From: a virus
Lineage: Duplodnaviria; Caudoviricetes
Length of the DNA stretch: 64,000 bases
Strand: one strand, 5' to 3'
Virus record (IMG/VR): IMGVR_UViG_2936514734_000001
Coordinates: 160,001 to 224,000 of that record
The notes under the pieces were generated by a model that was not told the DNA's origin, searched no databases, and worked only from the letters and a program-made list of their open reading frames with translations. The position numbers and the translations under genes were made by a program. Below are positions 46,169-54,782 of the stretch, piece after piece. Numbering within the stretch: the first letter of the stretch is position 1; every line of letters begins with the position of its first letter.

Positions 46169-49100
46169 TTACATGAAGCGAACAATAGCAGTTTCGCCAG
46201 TCTTGTCGAATGTTACTTCTTGAACAGTTAGGTTGAATACACCAGCATAGAAGTTTTGTGGTGCAAAACCGATATACGCTGCGTTTTCACGAGTTGCTTC
46301 CATTTCGTTAGCAACTTGAACACCTTTGTTTAAGAAGTACATCACAGGACGAACACTATCTTTTTGTTGCTCATGTTTAATTGCTACAGTCACTGTACGA
46401 TTAACTGCAACAGTTTTGTTTGCTAGTTTTACATTCGGGCTCAATACACGAACCTTAACTTCAGTTGCTGGAGTAGCTGGAACTACTTCTTCAACTAAAT
46501 TAGATTGTAAAAGAGTGAACGTAATATCTTGTGGAATGAAATAAGTTTCTGAGATCTTGCCTGAAATTAGAGAATTCATTTCTTCCGCAAACACTTCGAA
46601 TGGTAGAGCAATGAAACCGTTAGATGCTACGAAACGATATTCGCGGCCATCTTTACGGTGTTTTGCTGTACCATTTGTTTTTGTTCCGTTAATAACTAGA
46701 TATAATGCACCTACAAGGGCACGAACATCTACACCTAGTTCTTTAGCAGTTGCATACATTGCTTTACGTAATTCTGCTTTGTATAGATCACGAGCATTCT
46801 TGAATTGAGATAGAGTTGCATCGTAGTTGGCACGGATCTTAGCAGTTTTCTTAGCTTTAGTAAGTGATTTCATATTCTTTTTACGGAACACTCCTTGTTT
46901 CTTAAGTTCTGCTTCTGCTTGACGAACGAATTCTTTTTCAGCAGCTGAACGAACATTTTCTTTTTGAGAGTATGCATTGTAAAGAACAGCAACGTGTTGT
47001 TTTAATACATCTACATGAGAAGCTGGAACTTCCATGTTGTGCATTACACGAGCACGAATATTGTTCTTAGCAGTATTGCTGTGACTAGCTTGGAACTTAT
47101 TGCAAACTGCAACGATTGCTTCTTCAGCAAAACCAAAAGCCATTTCATATGAGCTATCAGCATAAGCAATACCATGTTCATCTTTCTGAGAAGCTAACCA
47201 TTGTGGCTTCTTCACTTCGAATCCAACTAGTTTGCCTTCACGTTTAACAGGAGCAAAGATGTTGCTATACACACCTTTATCTTCTTCTAACATTTCTTGC
47301 TTAGCTTCATCAGTTAATTCCATTTCAGCTTCTTCAAAGAAACGAGCATCAAAGTTAGCGAATAATGCTTTTACTAATGGCATTGATAGGTAAGCTCCAC
47401 CGTGTTTAGGACGGTCAATTTCCCAACGTCCAGCAGTACATAATGCTAATAGGTCAGCTTCAACACGTACACGCTCAGCTTCAGTTAATACTGTACGAGA
47501 TAGTAGATCAGTTAAAATCATTGCACGGTTAGCAATAACACCGATTAAGCTTGCTTCAATTGTATCTACAGTGATTTGTTGAGACATACTAGCAACTACT
47601 TCTAAGAATTCATGACGGCGAGCAACACCATTTACACCTTCAAACTCTTTTGGATCAAAGAAGATTTTGTTTCCTTTTACAATGAATCCGTTAACTTCTT
47701 TAGTTTCAGGTTCAACCGCTTTATCTTTAGCTGCTTCAGTCATGTAAGTTGGGCAACCTGTACCAAATTCAACAGCAACACCATTTTCATACTTAACATA
47801 AGCATCAATGAAAGGAAGTACTTCTTGCTCACCATATAAACCAGCTTCTTGACGCATACGAGCATTCACCATTAATTCGTCAAAGATAATGATTGAAGTA
47901 TCTCCATCATGGTCAGCACCTGCTTGTTGAGCAACAACCCAAGAGAAAGCATCAAAGAATGTAACACCTTGCCATAAACCTTTGTTTACATACTCCATGT
48001 ACTCTTTAGAGAATACTGCTTTAACAACTGGAATCTCATGAGTAACTGTTACTGGGAAACGAACAGAGATAGCATTACCTTCTTCAAGGAAGAATTGACC
48101 GTCTTTCTTAGATGGAGCAATTACCTCATATGGTTTAAGTACTGCATCTTCTTGTACTACTGTGTAACGTCCTTCTTTAGCTGCATTGTAGATAGCAAAC
48201 ACATCAGAGAACATGTAACGAGTACGAGCTTGTGTAGTGAATAGTTTAGAATCTAATAGTTTGTTAAGTTTCTTAACTGCTAGTCCTACGATTTCATCTT
48301 TGATATATTGCTCGTCTAAAACATCACCAAACTCTTGAGCAAGACGAACATAATCCACCGCGCCGAACTCATTCTCCGCTTCTTCATCAGCAGCATTAAG
48401 CATAGTTAAAAGATCACCAGTTAATTTATCTTCGATAGAGTTCTTAACAAATGATACGCTATTGTTGATACCTTGTTTTAATTCATCTAATGTTAATCCC
48501 ATTTGTTGTGTAGCTTGAGATGCAACCCAAATACCATCGTTACCATCTTTACGTTGACCAACAACGAATAATTGGAAGCCATTATCTTTAATATCTGCTA
48601 AGATATCCTCTGATTTGACCATACCTTCAGTAAGAATTAAGTCAGCACCAAATAGTTCACAAATTGGATCAAACTCTAGTGAAGCACCTTTAACTGCATT
48701 AGACACACGTAATTGGAATGAATCAAAGCTATTGATTACTCCTGCAAAACGTAGAGCTTCAGTTACACGAGAAGAGTGCCATCCTTGACCATCAGTTAAG
48801 TTACGAGTTAACAGTTCTTTTCTAGCATCTTCATTGTTCCAGTGGTTGAACTTTTCAACACCAGTGAATGCATTGTTTTGATCTAGAACGTTTAATAGGA
48901 ACTCTTGACCGTTAGCAATTTGAGCGTAGAACTCTTCGATTAAAGCAATAGTGAATTTCTCGCCATTGTTATTTGTGATAACGATATAAGCAGGCTTAAT
49001 TTCACCGATAACATTTTTCTCACCAGCGGCGAAGTATTCAACATTAGGATTGTGGCTGAATGTGCTTAATAATCCTTTATCAGCTTTAAGACCATTAGAT

Positions 49101-50554
49101 CCTGCTAACATAAAACGCTTATAAGACTTAGCAACATCCATTACGTTGTATCCAGTTGCTTTACCATCTACTTTGTGCTTCTTAGAATAAGCTCTTTCGT
49201 CTTGACCAGTACCTAGGAAGAACTCAATTACATCTTCAACATTCTTGAACCCAACAGCACCATTAGAACGAGCTTGAGACATTGATTTTGTGTATGTTTT
49301 GTAAGTGAATGACTCCATACCTGAAACGTCTGTATCTGCTTCTAATTGACCATCTTCTTTATGAACAACATTAACTTTAGAGAATACTGCTTTTAACACT
49401 GCACCATTGATTTCTTCACCAAATGGTAGAGAACCAGAACCATCAAATGTGCACATTTCATCAAGAACGATTGCTTGTTGTGGTTCTTTAATGCTTAATA
49501 CCATACCATCTTTGCTGTACTCTTTAACTACATTAATAGTTTGAGTCTTTTTGTTTTTCTTCATTGCAAAGCGGTAAGCCGCTAAGCTTCCAGACATCTT
49601 TTGGAATAAAGAGTGGATGCTATTTAAGTTTTCAATGTTTGTATCTTTAGCAATATAGAACTCTACATTGTCACGAAGAACGTATTTTGTTTCCTCATTT
49701 ACTTCGATTTGTTGCATTACTTGTCCAACTAACTCTTCTGTAGAGAAGTCACGTAGCTTACCTACTACTACATTGTCTACTACTACATAGATGTCATCCA
49801 TATTAAGAGCAGCCATTAGTACAGTCTCACGAGTCTTCTTACCTTTAACCTTAGCTTTAGCAGTAAGGCGTCCTTGTAGGTTAAGCTTGTCAAGAGCCTT
49901 GAACTCTGAAGACTCCATGAACTTAGGGAATAGACCAGGCACAACTACCATTAAGTAGTCGATGATTTGTTTACCATTAGCAGAAGCAAATTGGATAGAC
50001 TCCTCAGTACCATCTTCTTTAGTTACTACGAACTTGTTACGACGTGCATCTACTGTAAGTCCTTTAGCATTAGCACCAATGAATTGAGAGAATAGTGGTG
50101 CAGTTACACCCATGTTGAATAATGCTTTAGCGATTTGACCTGATGCATTTTGTACCACGTTTAAGTTAGCCTCTGTAAATACCACTGTTTTCTTTGTCAT
50201 TGTTACCACTCCTTGGTTATTAGTATTAGTGTTTGTAGTTGTAGCTGTAGTAGTTGTTGTCATAGTATTGTTCTCTCCCTTGATTGTGTTGTTTGATTGA
50301 ATAGTAGTGTTAGTAGTCATAGTTTCGTTCTCTCCTTTAGTGTTTGTTTCTTCTAATTGGTTGATCTCTTCTTGCATAGCCTTCATAGCGCCCATACCTG
50401 CTTCAAGTTGAGCGCTTAATGCAATATCAGTGTTGTCAAAGTCAACGCTTGCATAGATGTCTTGAATCATAGCTTCATTCTTAGCTACTTGCTCTCTTAA
50501 TTTGTTAATGCGGTCTTGAGTAGTGTTAATGTTTGTCATGATATGTCCTTTCAT
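46169..50554 (-). CDS. YonO-like / cellular-RdRP-family single-subunit RNA polymerase (double-psi beta-barrel)
   Basis: TDGQG, FQLR...KG, RFP, catalytic GADHDGD (DxDGD) and IDRPKHG in the order seen in QDE-1-type RdRPs and SPbeta YonO. Confidence 0.85.
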   Translation of the reverse strand: MKGHIMTNINTTQDRINKLREQVAKNEAMIQDIYASVDFDNTDIALSAQLEAGMGAMKAMQEEINQLEETNTKGENETMTTNTTIQSNNTIKGENNTMTTTTTATTTNTNTNNQGVVTMTKKTVVFTEANLNVVQNASGQIAKALFNMGVTAPLFSQFIGANAKGLTVDARRNKFVVTKEDGTEESIQFASANGKQIIDYLMVVVPGLFPKFMESSEFKALDKLNLQGRLTAKAKVKGKKTRETVLMAALNMDDIYVVVDNVVVGKLRDFSTEELVGQVMQQIEVNEETKYVLRDNVEFYIAKDTNIENLNSIHSLFQKMSGSLAAYRFAMKKNKKTQTINVVKEYSKDGMVLSIKEPQQAIVLDEMCTFDGSGSLPFGEEINGAVLKAVFSKVNVVHKEDGQLEADTDVSGMESFTYKTYTKSMSQARSNGAVGFKNVEDVIEFFLGTGQDERAYSKKHKVDGKATGYNVMDVAKSYKRFMLAGSNGLKADKGLLSTFSHNPNVEYFAAGEKNVIGEIKPAYIVITNNNGEKFTIALIEEFYAQIANGQEFLLNVLDQNNAFTGVEKFNHWNNEDARKELLTRNLTDGQGWHSSRVTEALRFAGVINSFDSFQLRVSNAVKGASLEFDPICELFGADLILTEGMVKSEDILADIKDNGFQLFVVGQRKDGNDGIWVASQATQQMGLTLDELKQGINNSVSFVKNSIEDKLTGDLLTMLNAADEEAENEFGAVDYVRLAQEFGDVLDEQYIKDEIVGLAVKKLNKLLDSKLFTTQARTRYMFSDVFAIYNAAKEGRYTVVQEDAVLKPYEVIAPSKKDGQFFLEEGNAISVRFPVTVTHEIPVVKAVFSKEYMEYVNKGLWQGVTFFDAFSWVVAQQAGADHDGDTSIIIFDELMVNARMRQEAGLYGEQEVLPFIDAYVKYENGVAVEFGTGCPTYMTEAAKDKAVEPETKEVNGFIVKGNKIFFDPKEFEGVNGVARRHEFLEVVASMSQQITVDTIEASLIGVIANRAMILTDLLSRTVLTEAERVRVEADLLALCTAGRWEIDRPKHGGAYLSMPLVKALFANFDARFFEEAEMELTDEAKQEMLEEDKGVYSNIFAPVKREGKLVGFEVKKPQWLASQKDEHGIAYADSSYEMAFGFAEEAIVAVCNKFQASHSNTAKNNIRARVMHNMEVPASHVDVLKQHVAVLYNAYSQKENVRSAAEKEFVRQAEAELKKQGVFRKKNMKSLTKAKKTAKIRANYDATLSQFKNARDLYKAELRKAMYATAKELGVDVRALVGALYLVINGTKTNGTAKHRKDGREYRFVASNGFIALPFEVFAEEMNSLISGKISETYFIPQDITFTLLQSNLVEEVVPATPATEVKVRVLSPNVKLANKTVAVNRTVTVAIKHEQQKDSVRPVMYFLNKGVQVANEMEATRENAAYIGFAPQNFYAGVFNLTVQEVTFDKTGETAIVRFM

Positions 50555-50885
50555 ATGCTCACATTTATTTGGTCAGGAGCTAGACCGAAATTTGGTGGTC
50601 GTTATAGGGGGTGGGCATCGAAAGATCCACCTATAAGAACCCATATATACCACCTTGCGCCTCAAAAAATATAAAAAAAATTACCCTATATAGGGCATCA
50701 GGTCAGGAAGAAGGGAAGTCATCAATCACTAGGTCAGAAACCTAGCGGTCGGTGGCTTCTTTTTTATTTGTTGCAAAAGTCAGGAGTGAAGGAGCAGGGC
50801 ATGAAGTGTAAGTATTTCGTTGAGAAAATTTAGGAAAGTGGTTACGGTATGGCGTGAGAACAGGAGCAGGGAAGGAGGACAGTGA

Positions 50886-51137
50886 ATGCAATACAGTCCA
50901 CATGAACAAGAGCTATTAAAGAATTGGGTAGTAAGTCAGGAATCAGCAAGGGTGGGAAGAAAGACCACTGTATCTTGTCTTCAAATGCCTAATGGTTATG
51001 AAGTACTTGGAACATCAGCTTGTGTAAATCCAGAACAGTACGACTATGATCTTGGTGTCTTTTATGCTACACAGGATGCGCTTAAAAAAGTTGAAGAGAT
51101 TGTTGGTTATCTTGAACATCAACATTTATTCAGTTGA
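50886..51137 (+). CDS. phage N4 gp49/Sf6 gp66-like small protein (possible nucleotide sponge)
   Basis: TTV.CL...NGYEV.GTSACVNPE.YD...G...A motif. Confidence 0.75.
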   Translation: MQYSPHEQELLKNWVVSQESARVGRKTTVSCLQMPNGYEVLGTSACVNPEQYDYDLGVFYATQDALKKVEEIVGYLEHQHLFS

Positions 51138-51285
51138 GGCATTGAGTCAGAAGTAGAGAGCGTGGGAACAATCAGTGCTCTTAAAAGGTTTTATGTTTTC
51201 AAATGAACCGCTCTTAAAAACCCCTATAATCACAACCCCTTATATAGAAGAAAACCAACCACAAAACAATTAGGAGGAATACAGA

Positions 51286-51558
51286 ATGGATTTTGGACAA
51301 GCATTAATTGCATTGAAAAATGGAGAGAAAGTTGCTCGTAAAGGGTGGAATGGAAAAGGCATGTGGATCGTATTAATGCCTTCACTTTACTTAGAAGCGG
51401 GTGTAGTAAATGGCAGAACATCTAAACATCTAGGTCAAGGTGTGGACTTAGACTCACAACCTTATATCGCAATGTTTACTGCTGATAAGAAATGGCAACC
51501 AGGTTGGTTAGCATCTCAAGCAGATGTACTGGCTGAAGATTGGGAGATTGTTGCCTAA
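51286..51558 (+). CDS. DUF2829 family protein (Tad2-like signal sponge)
   Basis: MDFGQAL.ALK.G.KVARKGWNGKGM ... W.ASQAD.LAEDW. Confidence 0.85.
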   Translation: MDFGQALIALKNGEKVARKGWNGKGMWIVLMPSLYLEAGVVNGRTSKHLGQGVDLDSQPYIAMFTADKKWQPGWLASQADVLAEDWEIVA

Positions 51559-51600
51559 CACACTAAGATATCAAGTCAGGAGAAAAAGGAGGCCGAAGAA

Positions 51601-52308
51601 ATGTCTGTAGAAAAACGTATGGAAGAACTACGTCAGATAGATGTAGAGACACCTGAACAGTTAAGAGAACGAGCTCTTAATGAGATTGAGTTACCTTCTA
51701 CATGGAAAGTATCCAATGAGACAAGAGGTATGATTGCTCAATCTATGGAGATTTACAACACAAAGCATGGATTATATGCAGCTATTCCTATGATGTGTAA
51801 AGGAGAACTTTGTCCTTATGCAGAGGTATGTCCTTTGATTTCAGGAGGAATGGATCCTAGTGGTTCACGTTGTCCTTTGGAGATTGGTCTTATCATGAAG
51901 CGGTTTGAAGAATATAAGAACGAATTTAGCATTGATGAAAATGACATTGTTGATATGGGTCTAGTTAAGGACTTAGTGGATTACGATGTTCAGTTGTTTA
52001 GAGCTGAAAACCGTATTGCTATTCAAGGAGACTTTATTGAGGATGTTGTTGTTAGTGTTAATGACAATGGACAAGAGATAACTGCTCCTCAAATTTCTAA
52101 AGCGGCTGAATATAAAGAGAAGATTATGACGAAGAAACATAAAGTTCTTCAATTGATGCACTCTACTCGTTCAGACAAAGCTGGTGACAAGTTAACTCTT
52201 ACACTTGATCCAAGTACTTATGCTGCTCAACTAATGTCGAAAATCGCTTCTGATATGCAACCAGGACAAATCTTTGATGCAGACTACGAGGAGGTCGAAG
52301 GGGAATAA
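51601..52308 (+). CDS. hypothetical phage protein, possible terminase small subunit
   Basis: C....CPY...CP........CP.E motif; helical; upstream of the packaging genes (positional inference). Confidence 0.5.
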   Translation: MSVEKRMEELRQIDVETPEQLRERALNEIELPSTWKVSNETRGMIAQSMEIYNTKHGLYAAIPMMCKGELCPYAEVCPLISGGMDPSGSRCPLEIGLIMKRFEEYKNEFSIDENDIVDMGLVKDLVDYDVQLFRAENRIAIQGDFIEDVVVSVNDNGQEITAPQISKAAEYKEKIMTKKHKVLQLMHSTRSDKAGDKLTLTLDPSTYAAQLMSKIASDMQPGQIFDADYEEVEGE

Positions 52309-52453
52309 GCCTTCAGCCTTAGCAAAAAATCTTTTGAAATTGTTAATCGTGCCGGGTGTTTTTCCGGCGCGAGAAATCAATTGTCGAAGACGTTTGTTAA
52401 CGCTCTGATTAGCGGCGCTAAGTCAAATCATTTTTATCACACACAGAAAGCAG

Positions 52454-53128
52454 GTGATAGTATTGGCTGAACAAGAAAAACCAGTCGTTAATAAAACGAA
52501 AGTTAATGAAACGACAAACTCCTATCATCAATCCACGGAAACCCGCTCTACGCCTCACTTAAAGACAAATGTACCTGATGTAAAAGCCGCTTCAAATTTC
52601 CTTAAAAGAAACCAAGGAAAGATTGCTCTTGGTGCTATAGGGCTTGGTCTAGCAAAATCAGTGATAGATGGAGAAGAAGACGATATCGTATCTTCTGCTG
52701 AAAAAGGAATAAAATCTGGTGCTATTACTGCAGGTATTTCTTATGGTGCTCAACACTTATTGAAAACAGAAACTGTACAGGACCTTGTAAAGGGTGAAGT
52801 ATCAGATGTTGGTAAGAGCATCATTAAGAAAGCTAATACACAACGTAAAATGCTTGCTGGTGGAGGAAAGCTAAAAACAGCTTACAAAATTGGTTTGTAT
52901 GCAATGGGAGCCGCTACTGTTTTGGATGTTGCCCAACGTGCTGGCGACACTTTGGAGTCTGCAAATATAAAAAGACAAGAAGAACAAAAGCTTAAAGAAA
53001 AGAGAAAGAAGCAACAAAAGAAGAATAAGCAGTATGCATATGGACACATTGACCAGGGTGAAATCGTATTTGATTTGTTCAATCAAAGAACAGGACATTA
53101 CAAAATGGGTAATGCCAAATTTAATTAA
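52454..53128 (+). CDS. Gly/Ala-rich hypothetical protein (possible virion/ejection protein)
   Basis: GxxxG hydrophobic stretches; late-gene context. Confidence 0.6.
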   Translation: MIVLAEQEKPVVNKTKVNETTNSYHQSTETRSTPHLKTNVPDVKAASNFLKRNQGKIALGAIGLGLAKSVIDGEEDDIVSSAEKGIKSGAITAGISYGAQHLLKTETVQDLVKGEVSDVGKSIIKKANTQRKMLAGGGKLKTAYKIGLYAMGAATVLDVAQRAGDTLESANIKRQEEQKLKEKRKKQQKKNKQYAYGHIDQGEIVFDLFNQRTGHYKMGNAKFN

Positions 53129-53133
53129 AGGCG

Positions 53134-53856
53134 GTGCCACTTATGGCTACAAGCAATGCAGTTAAAAAAGTATTAGAAAGATTGAGTAATCGTGGTGCTA
53201 ATAGAGCTTCTAGAAAAGCCTTAAATACTGAAATTAGCAAACAAAAGAATTTAGGTACTTTCTTACCTGATGATGCTTATGATGGCAATTTAATTACTCC
53301 TACTCGATTACGTACAAAACAACAACGTACCGCTCGTCAGAATAGTAGAGTTGAAAAGAAGCGAAGAAGAGCAGATGAAGGTTTAGCTAGTTTAAATACT
53401 ATCAATCCACAAGAAAGACGTCTCCCTGCAATTGCTTCTACAACTAAGACCCTCTACGGATCAGCTCGTGCTAACTTAGGAGAACCGGGTAGTTTAAAAC
53501 GTGCAGGAATAGGTGTAATTCAATCCTCAGCAGCCTCAGCAGCAGTATCTGGTGGAATGGCTGCTATTCAAGGAAATGACCCCTGGGAAGCGGCTAAATC
53601 CGGAGCTTTTAAAGGTGCAGTTGCTGGTGTAGGTTATCAAGGTTTAAAGGCCGCTACACACGCTCAGACAGGCTCTATTAAGGGCAATTTAAAGCACATA
53701 GCTTCTACTACTAAACAGACTTATCAAGCTCACACAGTGGCGGGAAACACGGCTATGAGGACAACTAAGAATGGTGTATCTAATCAATTGAAAAGGGTAC
53801 TAGATGCTAATCAAGCAAGCCGTCAAACTGAAAGTATTTTTGGTCTTAATAAATAG
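53134..53856 (+). CDS. basic Gly/Ala-rich hypothetical protein
   Basis: 240 aa in the late operon. Confidence 0.6.
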   Translation: MPLMATSNAVKKVLERLSNRGANRASRKALNTEISKQKNLGTFLPDDAYDGNLITPTRLRTKQQRTARQNSRVEKKRRRADEGLASLNTINPQERRLPAIASTTKTLYGSARANLGEPGSLKRAGIGVIQSSAASAAVSGGMAAIQGNDPWEAAKSGAFKGAVAGVGYQGLKAATHAQTGSIKGNLKHIASTTKQTYQAHTVAGNTAMRTTKNGVSNQLKRVLDANQASRQTESIFGLNK

Positions 53857-53870
53857 GAGGTGCATGTATC

Positions 53871-54311
53871 ATGGCTCTTATTAAAGGCATGAAGAACCTA
53901 GCTCGAATAGGTGTGAAAAATACAAAAAGTGTCGTTGCTCAATATGAGAATGGCTTAGTTAATGCTACTGAACATATTGGTAAAATGGCACAAATTAAAA
54001 AACCAATTATAGATGTAAAAGATAAAGAGGGTAACATCAAGAAAAGCTTAGGTAATTTATATACCGGTAAGAAAGCTAATCCTTTATGGGTTGGGGCTGC
54101 AGGTGGAGCTTATCTTGTAGGAAAGAATCTGTACAAAAGTGCAGATAAGCAAACTATGCAACCTCTTAAACTAGCAACTATGAATAACTATCAAGAAATT
54201 GGTTCACCTGACATCATGATGTATGACGGTGTAGGTCAAGACCGCGCTCCTAAAAATATGAATGCAGACGGTAGTATTGTATTTGGCTTACACAATATGA
54301 GAAGGGGGTAG
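53871..54311 (+). CDS. hypothetical virion-associated protein
   Basis: AGGAGGTG RBS; late operon. Confidence 0.6.
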   Translation: MALIKGMKNLARIGVKNTKSVVAQYENGLVNATEHIGKMAQIKKPIIDVKDKEGNIKKSLGNLYTGKKANPLWVGAAGGAYLVGKNLYKSADKQTMQPLKLATMNNYQEIGSPDIMMYDGVGQDRAPKNMNADGSIVFGLHNMRRG

Positions 54312-54316
54312 TTTAA

Positions 54317-54769
54317 GTGGCAAGTTTAGCCGGATTAGGAGTTAGTGCATTAAAAACAATTGGCTCCGTTGGTAAAAGAAAAGCATTAACAGCGGGTGGT
54401 CTAGCCTTTGGTGCAGATACCGCTATGAATCTATATGGTGGAGATGATCTAGGAACCTCTGTCATGAAAGCTGGTGTGACGGGTGTTATGGCCGCTTCTA
54501 ACCCTATGCTTTACGGGGGATTAACAGCGGCTAGTCTAGCAACAGATGCTTACTGGGGAATACAACAATTTAACTACCAGAAAAAACAATGGTGGAATGC
54601 TCAATATGCTTACAACAATGAAGTCGGCGGTAACTATGTCGATACTCAGCGAGCACAAACTATGAGACAAGCAGCTGTACAAGCTATTCAAGGAAGTAAG
54701 ATGAATGCCCGAAGTGCGCTAGGTGGAGAAGCAAGAATACTTAATCCGTATTCAACAAGAAGATATTAA
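54317..54769 (+). CDS. Gly/Ala-rich hypothetical virion-associated protein
   Basis: TQRAQTMRQAAVQAI...LGGEA tail; directly upstream of terL. Confidence 0.6.
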   Translation: MASLAGLGVSALKTIGSVGKRKALTAGGLAFGADTAMNLYGGDDLGTSVMKAGVTGVMAASNPMLYGGLTAASLATDAYWGIQQFNYQKKQWWNAQYAYNNEVGGNYVDTQRAQTMRQAAVQAIQGSKMNARSALGGEARILNPYSTRRY

Positions 54770-54782
54770 AGGAGAAAATAGC

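Noticed and set aside
46169-50554. Tape-measure or multisubunit beta-prime RNAP assignment
   Set aside because: The motif is GADHDGD with RdRP-type flanking motifs rather than NADFDGD, and the protein lacks tape-measure repeats.
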